Assembly: GCF_030684315.1 (NCBI RefSeq)
Contig: NC_081371.1
Span: forward strand, 17,851,440-17,915,439
From: Stegostoma tigrinum
Taxonomy: Eukaryota
DNA length: 64,000 bases
Reading direction: 5' to 3'
Below the pieces are notes generated by a model that worked only from the letters and a program-made list of their open reading frames with translations, did not search any database and had not been told where the DNA came from. Shown here piece after piece: positions 1 to 14,285 of the stretch. Position 1 is the first letter of the stretch. The number at the start of each line of letters is the position of its first letter. Both the position numbers and the translations under genes were made by a program.

Positions 1-356
1 TATTATCTGCAGCTCAAGCAATTTTGGCTCAGAGTTGCTGAGCTACAATCTGCTCAGATAAAGTTATGGGCCATCAGGGAATGGAGTAGTTACCTGGACA
101 CTGTTTGAGAAGGAGGCACATTCTTTAGATTATGCAGTATTTTAGGGACGATCAATGGTCAAGGGTAAGAGGCCATGACTGAGCACCATGCAGGTATGGA
201 AATCGAGGACGAAGTGGTTGAGGTGACCTGGTCTTCATACAAGTGACACAATGAACGTGCTGCCATTGTGAATGATTACCAGGCATATAGGAAGATTGGT
301 CAAACTGATCATATTGCAGGATGTCATTCTGAATGGGTAGGGGACAGAATCAAAAA

Positions 357-2400
357 CTAGCAGATGGAGTCCAGTATGGATAAATGTGAGGTGTTGCATT
401 TTGGTACAACAAACAAGGGTAGGGTTTATACAATTAATGGTACACCTTGGGTAGTGTTGCAGAACAGAGGGATCTAGGGGGATGGGTCCATAATTCTTTG
501 ACGTTTGTGTTACATATAGACAGCATGGCTAAAGAGGCTTTTGACACACTTGCCTTCATTGCTCAGTCCTTTGAATATAGGAGTTGGGAAGTCATGTTCA
601 GATTCTAACGGACATTGGTGAAGCTTCTTCTAGAATACCATGTCTAGAACATAGAACATAGAACAGTACAGCACAGAACAGGCCCTTCAGCCCACAATGT
701 TGTGTCGACCATTGATCCTCATGTATGCACCCTCAAATTTCTGTGGCCCTATGCATGTCCAGCAGTCTCTTAAATGACCCCAATGACCTTGCTTCCGCAA
801 CTGCTGCTGGCAACACATTCCATGCTCTCACAACTCTCTGTGTAAAGAACCCGCCTCTGACATCCCCTTTATACTTTCCTCCAACCAGCTTAAAACTATG
901 ACCCCTCGTGCTAGCCATTTCTGCCCTGGGAAATAGTCTCTGGCTATCAACTCTATCTATGCCTCTCATTATCCTGTATACCTCAATTAGGTCCCCTCTC
1001 CTCCTCCTTTTCTCCAATGAAAAGAGACCAAGCTCAGTCAACCTCTCTTCATAAGATAAGCCCTCCAGTCCAGGCAGCATCCTGGTAAACCTCCTCTGAA
1101 CCCTCTCCAAAGCATCCACATCTTTCCTATAATACGGCGACCAGAACTGGATGCAGTATTCCAAGTGCGGTCTAACCAAAGCTTTATAGAGCTGCAACAA
1201 GATCTCACGACTCTTAAACTCAATCCCCCTGTTAATGAAAGCCAAAACACCATATGCTTTCTTAACAACCCTGTCCACTTGGGTGGCCATTTTAAGGGAT
1301 CTATGTATCTGCACACCAAGATCCCTCTGTTCCTCCACACTGCCAAGAATCCTATCCTTAATCCTGTACTCAGCTTTCAAATTTGACCTTCCAAAATGCA
1401 TCACCTCGCATTTATCCAGGTTGAACTCCATCTGCCACCTCTCAGCCCATCTCTGCATCCTGTCAATGTCCCGCTGCAGCCTACAACAGCCCTCTATACT
1501 GTCAACGACATCTCCGACCTTTGTGTCGTCTGCAAACTTGCTGACCCATCCTTCGATCCCCTCATCCAAGTCATTAATAAAAATTACAAACAGTAGAGGC
1601 CCAAGGACAGAGCCCTGTGGAACCCCACTCACCACTGACCTCCAGGCAGAATATTTTCCTTCTACTACCACTCGCTGTCTTCTGTTGGCCAGCCAATTCT
1701 GTATCCAAGCAGCTAAGTTCCCTTGTATCCCATTCCTCCTGACCTTCTGAATGAGCCTACCATGGGGAACCTTATCAAATGCCTTACTGAAGTCCATATA
1801 GACCACATCCACAGCTCGACCCTCATCAACTTTTCTAGTCACATCCTCAAAAAACTCGATAAGGTTTGTGAGGCATGACCTACCCCTCACAAAGCCGTCT
1901 AGTTCTATTGCCCACTTTTAGGAATGGTACTATAATGCTGGAGCGGGTTCAGAAGAGATTTAACAGGATGTTGCCTTGTTTGGAAAGTTTGAGTTAAAAA
2001 GAAAGGCTGGATAGGCTGGGACTTTTTCCACTGGAGTGTTGGAGTTTGAGAGGCAACCTGATAGAAGTTTACAAAATAATGAGGTATAGACAGAGTTAAT
2101 GGTAGTTGTCTTTTCCTTAGGATGGAGGGTTTCAAGTCTAAGGGGCACATTTTTAAGGTGAGAGGAGACTTAAGGTGAGATTTAAGACAGACCCGAGGGG
2201 CATTTTTTTTTAAACCACAGGGGATGGTTCACGTGTGGAATGAACTTACTGACGAAGTGGTGGATGTGGACATTTGGATAGTACATGAATATAATTGGAG
2301 GGATATAGGTCAGCAGTAGGCAGGTGGACCTAGTTGGGTTTGGGATTATGTTTGGCATGGACTGGTTGGACCGAAGGGTCAGTTTCTGTGCTGACTCCAT
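357..2400 (+). mobile_element. Older degenerate CR1 3' half, split by the 648-1896 insertion
   Basis: Decayed RT C-terminal coding sequence continues across the insertion (gaataccatgtctag|ttctattgccc, EYCVQFWSP-like); CR1 3' UTR near 2330-2400. Confidence 0.85.
648..1896 (-). mobile_element. Young 5'-truncated CR1 LINE with uninterrupted RT C-terminal ORF (733-1890) and (TTCTATG)n tail
   Basis: 385-aa ORF with [21 protein letters not shown] and FADD motifs; AGAACAT repeats at ~646-665; GTCTAG duplicated at 642-647 and 1897-1902. Confidence 0.95.
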
Positions 2401-4350
2401 ATTGCGTTTTGTTTCATAGTTTTCAACTAATTGATATCAAAGATTAAGGTTCAGCAGAGGAATTTGAAGAGTTGGCTTTTAAATTAATAAGCAGAGTCTC
2501 AAGCATAACAGTTTCTGAATTATTTCCTGAATCGCTCATACCAACTGACACAGGGTCAAGTTCAACAGCTGATCACATGACTCAGACTGGTATTGGAAGG
2601 GGTTTTGGGTTCAGATACTAGCACCAGCACTGGGGCAATAAAGAGTTATTCTGTTGGGACAGGCTTCAATTCATCTGGTCTGAGATCAGTGACCTGGCAA
2701 ATTAAATGACTCAGGCTATCAACATGTATTTTAACTAATTGGAAGAAGATGAGTTACACGAAGAGTTATATAGGTATCTAAAGGGAAAATTAAGGCAACA
2801 GAGGGATAGGAAGGTACAAAGAGATTAGTGGTAATAGCATATCAACAAGAACACGCAACAGAGGACGGAAACAGGGAAACAGAGAAATAGGAATTAAGAA
2901 CCAAATCTCCAGGATGTGACACACACATCACAGGGATCCAAAGAAGGTGGCTTGAGAGACTGTAGAAGCAATGCTTATGATCTTCCAAAATTTACAATTC
3001 TAGAATGGACTGTTTGAGCAATATCTAAGTTAGAAAGCAACACTCTGAGAAAAGATGGAGATGGAAATAAGAGAACGATGGGCAAATTAATCTATCGCCA
3101 ACCATCAGGAAATGGGCTGGAAGCTACAATGGACGTTGTAACAATGTACTTTGAAAAACACTGAACGATTGGACAGCATCAATACTGTCTTACAAAAGAG
3201 AAAGCAGATTTGGCAAATTTACAGTGTATTTGAGCTTTTGAGAGAAATGTAACTGACAGGGTAAGTAAGGTGGAGCCAGAGACGCCTTATTCAATTGACT
3301 TACACTCAGACTAAAACGTACCGTAGGGTATTGCCATCTCCAACAACAGAGAATCTAATCATGTCCCACTGACATTCAATGCCATTATTACTGCTGAATC
3401 TGCATTAGCAACATTCTGAGGAGGTTATAAACTGTAAAGTGAATTGAATTGGACCGAACATATAAGTAACTCCAAGAGTTGGTCAGAGGCTGGGAATCAT
3501 TGGCAGAGTGATAGAAAGGATTATTCATGCAGCATTATGCAAAGGAATAACATGCTCATTAACACTCATTTTCTGTTCTATCAGAGCCATTCAGCCAGAG
3601 TCCATTACTGTCTTTGTCCCATCATGAACAAAAGAACTGAACTCTAGATGGGACAGATTGTGACAAATTTATTTTGCCTGAATTTCTCCTCTCATTAATT
3701 GATTACTGGGGTGGTAATCAAAATGCTGCCAACTTGTTTCTAGTAATAGCAAGCTATTAGTGAAAGTGCCTGTTTTTAAAATTTGTAGAACGTTTGCCAT
3801 CGTAAGGAACATTTGGCTAGAAAAGGAAACTGTCATATTATATCCATTCTGTGGTAATATAAAACATTGAGTTATGGCAAGAGATCATGTTAGGAACTGC
3901 AGTGGTCAACTTATCTAGACATCAAGAAACTGCATGCTGCAAAAGACGATGGCTATGCATTTATATCCTGTAAATTCTCCATGAAGTTAAAAAAGGAATA
4001 CTTTTTCCAACATATTCCCTTACAGCAAAATAAAAAACACAGACTATAAGTTTCCATTAGAAATATGAATTTTATCACATCCATGAGAGTCTCTCTTACA
4101 GATTACTCCAATGATGTTACTGATGAGCACCATGAAGTTGCATTTGACAAAGTTTCATGATTTAACTGCTGAATTAGCCACTTGGGGAACAATACTATTG
4201 ACTAAAGATGCAGTAAGGCGAATATGAAGAAGGGGAATAAACTACTGTTGATTAATTTGTCTCTGGATTATGTACAAATATATCATAAAGCAGCCTGATT
4301 ATGCCAATTTTCTTCGTCTTGTCAAACACTTCCATTAATATGGTCCTCAC

Positions 4351-4695
4351 CTTGTCTGTGCTGAGTAGAAGAGGTTGGACACTGATAGTGTCACTGGTCA
4401 GAGAGACTGTACTGCTGCTCACGGAACTCCCATTGTTTGGAGAAGCAGAAATGATTGCAAAAGCCACACCAGCACTGCTGATTGGTGTGGAGACCAATGG
4501 CGAATCTGCAAAATGTTGTGTTTGGCCAGTTGGTGTCTGTACATGGTTGACCGTGTTGTTGGCAGTAGGAAGAGCAGGACTGGGATTCTTGATGCTAACT
4601 ACAGTGGCCTTCTGAAGAGACTGAGGCTGACTGGAGGTCTGGTCACGGCACAGTGTGACTGAGAGGCTGTCCGGAATCAGGGTCTTTGGCCTAAC
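4351..4695 (-). CDS. PHF21B: PHF21B internal coding exon (115 codons, phase 0/0): [19 protein letters not shown]...[25 protein letters not shown]...[16 protein letters not shown]...[15 protein letters not shown]
   Basis: tttctgtag acceptor, AAG|gtgagg donor, 345 nt open. Strong match to recalled human PHF21[12 protein letters not shown]...[22 protein letters not shown]...SSAGVAYAIISTSP...VQPLLISADNK. Confidence 0.95.
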
Positions 4696-5369
4696 CTACA
4701 GAAACAAATTAATCATAAAATCACATTTTTAAAAAGCAAATTCCTTAAATGGTTTGCTTACTCTCAACAACTAACACCATGAATGTTTTTTCTGGATGGG
4801 GCAGCTACAAATGATGCCAATTAAATTATCTGCTTCACAAAACATGTGCAACTACTGAACGCAAAAGCTAAATATGTTTGAAGAGCTAGTACAGAGACTT
4901 TCATTTCCACTTTAATATCTAAGCATCAGTAGCTTCAGAGAGTGAAATGAGCTTTCACAAGAAATTCTAAGAAGCACTTTTACCAGAGAGAAAATCATAA
5001 TTTAAGATAATCATGTCTTCAACATACACTCTAGTAAGGGAATGTGCACTCTGGAAAAGTCATTCTCGTTCACTGCATAGATTTAGCATAGGAATCATTA
5101 GATAGGAATGGGAAACCCACCTCAAATGACACATAGAACAGGCGCTTTGACATTGGGAGAAACCACTGGTTAGCTAACACCCATCTTAGGGTGAACAACC
5201 CCTGACTAGTATATGTTGACCTTCCACAAACCATCTACTTCCCTGAGCGCTTGATGCTATGAGTCTCCACTCAACAAGTGTCCTAAATCCACTGCATCAA
5301 GCAAATAAACAAAACAAATAAGAGCAAAGAAACATAAACAAATTGCTCGAGAAACTCGGCATGTCTGGC

Positions 5370-6935
5370 AGCTAGGGAACTCCAGAAAATAAAATGTCCT
5401 GAAAACAGTCCATGTTATAGAACAGACAGTGTTGGCGGTCTTAAAAAGCACAATGGTAGATAAATCTCCTGGGCCAGAACAACCGTATACCAGGACATTG
5501 CGGGAAGCTAGGTAAGAAATTGCGGGGTCTCTAGCATACATATTTGTATCATCTACAGTCACGAGTGAGGTGCTAGAAGAATGGAAGATGGCTACTGTTG
5601 TGCCTTTATTAAAGATAGCCTGCAAGGGGAAATCAGTGAGTCTGATATCAGAGGTGGGTAAATTGTTGGATGGGATTCTGACAGACAGGATTTACATGCA
5701 ATTAGAGAGGCAAGGATTGATTAGAGATATTCAGCATGGCTTTGTGTATGGGAAATAGTGTCTCACAAAATTGACTGCGTTTTTTGAGGATGTGGCCCCA
5801 AAAAAATAGATGCGGGCAGAGCAATAGATGTTGTTCACGTGGGTTTTAGTAAGGCCTTTGACAAAGGTTCCACATGGTAAACTGGTTAGTAAAATTAGAT
5901 CACATGGGATTCATGGAGAGCTTGACAGTTGGATACAAAATTGGCTTGATGATAGGAGACAGGGTGGTGGTGGACGGTGCTGTGTCCGCTGTTGCTGTCA
6001 TTTATATAAACGATTTTGAAGAGAATATAGGAAGCACGGTTAGTAAGTTTGCAGATGACACCAAAATTGTAGGTAGTGTAGACAGTGAACAAGGTTATCT
6101 AAGGTTACAAAGGAATCTGAACCAATTGGGCCAATGGGCCAAGGAGTGGCAGATTGAGTTTAATTTAGATAAACGAGAGGTGTTTAATTTTGGTAAAACA
6201 AACAATGGCAGGATTTACAAAGTTAATTGTAAATTAACTGGTGAATATTGTCAAAACCATGGGTTCAGGTTGAGTTCTTTGAAAGTGATGTCACAGGTAG
6301 ACACAGGGTGGTAAAGGCAGTATTTGGCATGCTTGCCTTGATTGCTCAGTCCGCTGAGTATAGGAGTTGGGACATCATGTGGAGGTCATACAGGATGTTG
6401 GTGAGGCCGCTTTTGGAGTACTGTGTGCAGTTCTAGTCACCATGCTACAAGAAGGATATTATTAAATTGGAGATTGTGCAGACAAGATTTACAAGGATGT
6501 TACTGAGACTGGAGGGTTTAAGTTATCAGAGGAGGCTGGATAGGCTGGGACTTTTTTTGACCAGAACATAGGGGTTAATAAAGTCATGAGATGCACAGAT
6601 ATGGTGAATAGCAAATGTATTTTCCTTAAGGTAGGGGAGTTCAAAACTAGAGGGCATAATTTTAAGTTGAGAGGAGAAAGATTTAGAAGTGATCCGAGAC
6701 GTAACATTTTCACACAAAGGGTGGTTCACATGTGGAATGAACTGCCAGAGATGGTGGCACAAACAGATACACTTACAAGATTTAAAGGATATTTGGACAG
6801 GTACATGAATAGGAAATATTTAGGAGATAAAGGCCAAATGCAGGCAAATAAAACTGGTTCAGTTTGGGAAACTTGGTCAGCATGGACAAGTTGAACCAAA
6901 GGGTCCGTTTCCATGTTGTCTGACCCAATTACTCT
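5370..6935 (+). mobile_element. Degenerate 5'-truncated CR1 LINE
   Basis: ORF fragments with KVPHGKL, SKFADDTK, LEYCVQF and TRGHNFKL; CR1 3' UTR. Confidence 0.9.
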
Positions 6936-6999
6936 ATCTACAGAGCACATTTACTTACATTACAGAGCTGTTAGATAGGTATTCACCATGCCCACCAGA

Positions 7000-7630
7000 T
7001 GTCTAAAACAAAATTGTGTCAATCAGATCAATGTTACATGGCAAACATGTCAGACAAAAATCCCATACTCAGCAACACTTTAGCAGCAAATGGATAAACT
7101 CTCTCATGCGTCTAAAAAAGTGGATAGACCAGAAGCACCAGGAAGGCAGATGTCTCAATCTAGAATTCTGCCATGCCATCATTAATCTGCATTAACAATG
7201 GGATGCTGTAGTTTGTTGATAACTTCACATATCTAGGCTCCAGAAATACAAGCAATCTGTCATTTGATGCTAAAATCAAATTATGGATCACAAATGTTGT
7301 AGCTCTTATACCCAAGCTGAGTAAGAGGTACTACAATAGCAAATTGAATACAGGTAAGATTTCAAGTTTGCTTTCCCAAATGTATCTTTAGCATTGTGTA
7401 GCAAGATAAAGTTGCCTACTCACTAATCTGCAGCATATTAATTACATCAGCATACACTCATTGCTACGGTTTACATTTCTTTGGCCATGTTCAATGATGG
7501 TCATACACCCAAAACACCTCCTGCATGGCGACATGGCCAATGCATCAGGATCCACTGGATGTACATAGTTCTGTTGCAAGGAAATCTACAAGCAACATGT
7601 GAAGATGACAAACATTGACTGAGACAATTG
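7000..7630 (+). mobile_element. Highly decayed RTE-clade LINE fragment
   Basis: gttgataacttcacatatctaggctcc translates to VDNFTYLGS; downstream remnant of the RTE C-terminus. Confidence 0.5.
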
Positions 7631-9659
7631 GAAATCAAACACACATGCCTGTAATGTCTGTTGGACTGTTTGGAGGGCCCACAGAAAACAAAGTGCAGGC
7701 AATCCTGCACCTTTTCAGCAGAGGCTACTATTTCAGAGAGGGCACCAAAGCCACAGCAGGCTATGTTTGACATAAGAGCACAATTCATTATCTTATGAGA
7801 GAGATGGCTGCCAAAGAACTTGTGAAGCATACTGCCCATTTCAAGAATGAAAGCCACCTTTCATTTACTTCATTCATCCACTATAGTGGTTATGAAGATG
7901 CACTGGCTGAAATATTAAATTTAAAAATATCACTGACTGGATAGAAATCTATACCTTGGATTTTTTTTTAGAAAGAACATATTGTAAACCAAAGCAGACC
8001 GGCATCAGCAGGAAAAATTTGCATTTGCAAAGAACACAAGCTGTTTGAGAGAAGACACCTAGTATGCAACAATTACACAGTGAGGTCACATGACCCCATT
8101 TGTGGCTACAATAAAACTACTGGATTCATTCATGGAATTGGAGAGTTGACTTGCCTGGACCACTTGCCGTCTCTCTTTCTCAAACTCCTTTCATCAAATT
8201 TTGAGAGTTGAAAACACAGTGAAAGATCACATAACCCTAGGGTTGCTAAAGGAAGAACTCTTCATTGGTACAACCGGAGAGTTAAAGCATCCAAATCTAT
8301 CACACTGTCTCCAGATAAAAAGAATGCAACCAGCTGTCACTGTACTGGGAAGACAGAAAGCGCTAACTGCTTGTGTGCAAACTGACTAGCCATAGACTAG
8401 TATTTGTGACAACCTGTGAATTTTTAAAATAAATTTAATTGTTATTTTCATCTGGTCTTAGAGGATGTGTATGTTAAGTTTTCAAGGATAGGTGTTTACA
8501 TTTGCAAATTTTAAAACTTTTATTCATAACCTTTACAGCTTTGAAATAAAAATAAACTAGTTCATTGGCAATAATTTTTAAACATTCCTTTTTACATTCA
8601 CATTTTGTTGTGGCCAGTGGACGAGCCAGACAAGGAATCAGTCTACCAGTCAGAACTCAGTCATAACAGTAGAAAGTAATCGAAATAGCACAATTGAGGG
8701 TTGGATACTGATGATGCAAACATAAGAAATCAAACTTAATAATCAAATCACCAAGAATTTGTTGCATCCACTTGTCAAAATGACACAGCATATTAAATTA
8801 ACGTGAAGAGTTTGGTATTTGGTAGCTCAGTTAGAATTCACATGCTTGCAATCCCTCATTCTTAGCCTTCAACGAACTCTCATTATTCTGTATTGTAATG
8901 AAGTACAGAAAAAAAGAACGACTACTGGGTTACAGATTTTCCTTGATTCTTTTCACATTACCAAATTACTTTCTAACTCTTTCTTAAAAGAAAAATCCAA
9001 ACTTCACAGCACTGAAAATCAAATACACATTCTACTTTGGAATCTAAGTTCCTAATTAATAACAAAATATTAGAAACCTTCATCACATTATTGATCAGAA
9101 TCTTAACTGAACAAGTCCGATAAATACTGTAGCTACAATAGCAGACCAGATGCTGGCAATCTGGAGGCAATAATTCACCACCTGATTCCCCAAAGCCTGG
9201 CCACCATCTAATAGGTATAAATCAGGAGTGTGCCAGAATACCATCCAATTGACTGGATCAGTACAGCTTCAACGTTCTTACCCCATCACTGAAGCAAAAA
9301 GGCAGGAGTGTTAATCTTCTACAAGATGTTCTGCAGCAGCTCACCAGGCACCTTCAACAGCACCTTCCAAACCCACAATCTCTATTACCTAGAAGGTCAA
9401 AGGCAGATGATGTATGGGAACGCCACTACCTCTAGGTTGCCCTGCTTGCCACAGGATATCCAGAATTTAACCATATTGTTGTTCTTTCACTGTTGCTGGA
9501 TTAAAATTTTGGAATGCCCTTACTAACAACAAATTGAATGCACCTCCATGGCCTGCAATGTTTCAAGAAAACGGCTCACCACTATCTTCTCAAAGAAAAT
9601 TAGGGAAGTATGACAAACACTGGCTCAACCAGTAATAGCTATGTACATACCATTTCTTC

Positions 9660-10990
9660 AAAAAAAAGGCATGTCAATAATGTCATCAAGGCACAACATA
9701 CAGAAGAGGAAGTGAATAGAGCCTAGGTCAAATATTTTGCAAGTACAGAGGCAATGATGTACAGCTGGGAAGCAAACAATTGTGCTAACTGTGGTAACCA
9801 GGGAAAGAGTAAGGATAATTTGGCACCCTAAGGGGGCTATCTGTGCATGAATCTGGAGGACATTGGGAGAGTGTTCAATAAGCACTTCACATCTGTCTCA
9901 ACTCGGGAGGACAATGCAAGAACAGGATTTGAGAAGATGTACGGAAGTTCTTGTGCAGATTGATATAAGCAGCGAGGGGCATCATACCACCAGAGATGTA
10001 CAGCATGGGAAAAGACCCTTTGGTCCAACTCATCCACACTGACCAGATACCCTAAATTAATCTAGACCCATTTCCCAGCATTTGGACAATATTCCTCTAA
10101 ACTCTTCTTATTCATATACCCTTCCAGATGCCCTTTAAATGTTGTCATTGTACCGGCCTCCACTAGCTCCTCTGGTAGTTCATTCCATAAATGCCCCACC
10201 CTCTGCGTGAAAAGTTGCCACTTAGGTCCCTTTTAAATCTTTCCCCTCTCACCTTAAATCTATGCCTTCTAGTTTTGGACTCCCCTACCCTTGGGAAAAG
10301 GCCTTGACCATTCATCCTATCTATGCCTCTATGATTTTATAAACTTCTGTTAGATCACCCCTCAGCCTCCGATGCTCCAAGAAGTTTTGGCAGGTTTAGA
10401 AGTGGACAAACCAGATGAGTTGTATCCCAGGCTACTGCAGGAGACGAAGGAGAAAATAACAGGGCCCTGACCCAAATTTTAAATTGTCTTTGGCTACAGG
10501 GGAGGCTCCAGAGGCCTAGAGGACTCTGTGCTGTTCTGATCCTACAGGAAGGATATGATTACACTGGAGGGGGTGGAGAGGAGGTTCACCAGGATGTTGC
10601 CTGGGTGGAGCATTTCAGCTATGAAGACTTGCTGTATAGGCTCAATGTTCTTTGGAGTAGAGAAGTTCAAGGGGGAACTCAAGGGGGATAGAGGTGTATA
10701 ATATTATGAAGAGCATGGACAGGATGAATAGAAAGCAGTTGCTTTCCTTAGTCAAAGGCCAAGAAGGGACAACACTTTTAAAGTGAGTGAAAGGAAGGAG
10801 ATTTAGAGAGGATTTGAGAAAAAATGTTTTCATCCAGAGGATACTGGGGGTTTGGAACGTACTGCCTCAGAGGATTGCTGAAGCAGGAAACCTCAGAAGT
10901 TTTAAAAAGTGCTTGGACGAGCACTTGAAGTGTCGTAACATTCAAGGCTATGGGCTTATGGCAGTACTGTATTTTTGACAATATGGACTC
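9660..10990. mobile_element. Nested CR1 fragments: a + strand copy interrupted by a minus-strand CR1 3' end (~9990-10380)
   Basis: CR1 ORF2 remnants on + (ERRFTRMLPG-like, RKNVFIQR); reverse-complement CR1 3' UTR in the middle. Confidence 0.8.
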
Positions 10991-11669
10991 GATAGAATCC
11001 TTCAGCACAGAGGAGGCTATGAAAACAGCCAATAGTTCAAATGCAGAAAGCAGGTACCTTTATCCAGGAAAAAGAGACCATGTTATCCTTCAGCAGAAAT
11101 GCATGAGTTGACGATTGTCTGGGCTAGCAATAGGTTCCTGTCCAGGCACTGAAATCCTCAATTCTTGTCATGTACCTCCACAGAGGATTAAGTTCCAAAT
11201 ATTTTCCTGTGATCCCAGCAGTAGAATGTGGTCATCACAGAAAGATTGTGAACCAGTTTCTCCCAGTTTGTAGATAAGGAATATCATAGCATTACCTTTC
11301 AAATGTATATAGATTGCTCCAAACTAAATCTGAAACTGCTTCCAAGCATGACACTGACCTCAAATCCAGATAGATATACCATATGGACAATTGAAGTCCA
11401 TTTAATTTCGATACTTAGCCACTTCTCATGTTTTTGGGTTTTTTTTTACAAACTACTTAATGCAAATAACATGTATACAACTTTTTTTTTAACACTAAAA
11501 ATTTGTTCCTTTCCACTCCAAAGAATTTGACTTTTGGTTGATTGTCTCTTTGTATTACTCATATTTATGCCCATAATGTTCAAACTTTATCCTCATTTGC
11601 ATGCTGACCAAAATACTGGTTAGGATATAATTACTACACCCTAAGTATTCTCTCAGTTTGAAAGACTTA

Positions 11670-12125
11670 ACTCATTGTAAAAGCTTCTATAGGTATGTGA
11701 AGAGAAAAAGGTCAGTGAAGACAAATGTCGGTCCCTCAAAGACAGAAACAGGTAAGTTATAAATAGGTAACAAAGATACGGCAGACCAATTAAATAAATT
11801 TTTTGGTTCTGTCCTCTCAAAAGAGGATACAAATAACATACTAAAAATGTTGGGGAAATGCAGGGTCTAATGAGAGTGAGGAACTGAATGAAATCAGCAG
11901 TTGCAGGGAAATTGCTCTGGGGAAATTGATGGGATTAAGATCCGTTAAATCCCCAAAGCTCAATAAATCTATGTAAAGAAAGTGGCCCTAGAAAGAGTGG
12001 ATGGATTGGTTGTCATCTTTCAAGATTCTAACGACTCTGGAACTGCTGCTATGGATTGACGGCTAGCTAATGTAACCCTATTATTTAAGAGAAAGGAGAT
12101 AGAGAAAAAAAAACACATGGAATTT
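11670..12125 (+). mobile_element. CR1 ORF2 internal fragment
   Basis: Remnants of FYRYVKRKR, KSP and ANVTLLFK motifs. Confidence 0.75.
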
Positions 12126-12127
12126 TA

Positions 12128-14285
12128 GATGGGTGGTGCTATTGTAGTCTGGAATACTGACCTCTACCTTGCAGAGGCTGAGTGCCAACTCTCAGTTACC
12201 TCCTCCTATCTTCCCCTGGACCATGACCTCACCATGACACATCAGACCATTGTATCCACTACGGTACCTGATCTCATTTCATCTGGTGATCTCCCCTCGT
12301 CCGCTTCCAAGCTGACAGTCCCCCAACTCTGCACAGTTCATTTCTACCTCCTCCCAAAAATCCACAAACAGGACTATTTGGGCTGACCCATAGTTTCTGC
12401 CTGCTCATGCCCCACAGAACTCGTTTCTTCCTACCTTGACTCAATCTTCTCCACCCCCCAGTCCAATCCCTGCCCACATACATCCGTGATTTCTCTGATG
12501 ACTTACATCGGTTTCAAAACTTCCAGTTTGATGGTTCCAGCCGCCTCTTCTTTACCATAGATGTGCAAACCCTTTTATACATTCATTCACCACCAGGAGG
12601 GACTTAGGGCTCTCCGCTTCTTCCCAAACCATCCCCACCCACCACCACCCTCCTCCGCTTGGCCGAGCTTGTCCTCACCCTCAACAACTTCTCTTAACTC
12701 CTCTCATTTTCTTCAGGTAAGATGGGTGGCCATGGGTACCCGCAGGGGCCCTAGTTATGCCTGTCTCTTCATGGGTACATGGAACATTCGTTGTTTCAGT
12801 TCTATTCCTGCCCCCACCCACAACTCTTTCTCCAATACATCAATGACATCATCGGTGCTGCTCCTCCCCCTCATCTGGAATCGGAAAACATCAACTTCAT
12901 CTCCAATTTCCACCCTGCCCTCATTTTCACCTGGTTTATCTCTAACTCCTCTCTTCACTTCCTTGACATTTCTGTTCTCATTTCTGGGGATAGACTGGCC
13001 ATTAATATCCACTACAAACCCAGTGACTCCCACAGCTACCTCGACTGTACATTCTCACACGCCACTTTCTGTAAAGACTCCATCCCATTCTCTCAGTTCC
13101 TCCATCTCCGTTGCATATGTTCAGATGGAGGCCAGCTTCGACAAGGGAGCCTCCGAAACATCCACATTCTTCCTCAACCGAGGATTCCCCAGCTCCATTG
13201 TCAACAAGGCTCCCAAACAGGTCCGACCCATCTCCCGCACTTCCGCCCTCAACCCTTCTCCTCCCTCCCGCAACAGTGATAGGGTTCCCCTTATCCTCAC
13301 CTACCATCCCACCAGCATTCACATCCAGAAGATCACCAGATGCCATTTCTGCCACCTCCAGCAAGATACCACCACCAGAGTCATATTCCCCTCCCCTCCC
13401 TTGTCCGCCTTCCGCAGGGACCGTTCCCTCTGGGACATCCTGATCCACACTTCTTTCACCCCCAACACCTCTCCACAGCCCCATGGCAACTTCCCCTGCA
13501 GCTGGCAACGGTGTAACACCTGCCCACATACCTCCTCCCTCCCCAGTATCCAAGGGCTCAAACATACTTTGCAGGTGAAGCAACACTTCACCTGCACTTC
13601 CCAGAATCTAGTATACTGCATTTGCTGCTCACAATATGGTCTCCTCTACACTGGTGAAATGAAGCGTAGACTTGGCAACGACTTCGCAGAACATCTTTCT
13701 GCTCGCAAAAAAGGTCCTGAGCTACCCGTTGCCTGCCACTTCAATGCACCACACTGCTCCCAGGCCAACATCTGTCTTTGGCTGGCTGCAGTGTTCCAGC
13801 AAAGCCCAATGTAAGCTGGAGGAACAACACCTCATTTTCCGCTGGGGGACCCTGCAGCCCTCCGGACTGAATATGCAGTTCAATAATTTTAGGGCCTAAA
13901 TTCTCCCATGTTCCAGCCCCCTACCCCACACACCAGGCCTTGTTACCACACAGCCTGCCAGTACACACCTCCCATTGTTAGTCACTAACACTCCCCATTA
14001 ACAACTATTCACCCTCCTGACCTGCTTGTTATCAATGCCTTTGTCTGTCCAACTGTCTTTCTCTCTCTTTGGGCTCTATCCTAAATTTACTTCCGACCCA
14101 ACCCAACTCCCTATTTTCTGCGTATAAACTGACGTTTTCCCAGCCACCATCAGTTCTAAGGGTCATCAGACCTGAAAAGTTAACTCTGTTTTTTCCTTCA
14201 CAGTTGCTGCCAGACCTGCTGGGCTTTTCCAGCAACTTTGTTTTTGTTCCTGATTTACAGCATCCGCAGTTCTTTCGGTTTTTAT
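12128..14285 (+). mobile_element. 5'-truncated, frameshifted Penelope-like element (Neptune-type; second family)
   Basis: FYLLPKIHK, AMGTRRGPSYACLFMG, YINDI, YKPSDSHSYL, Cys knuckle (FPCSWQRCNTCPH) and GIY-YIG-like LVYCICC..YTGE; decayed hammerhead-like motif at ~14155-14185 and a PLE tail. Confidence 0.92.

Noticed and set aside
4252-4662. ORF-track entries 4252-4497(-), 4301-4615(+) and 4375-4662(+) as stand-alone genes
   Set aside because: They are part of, or antisense shadows of, the PHF21B exon 4351-4695.
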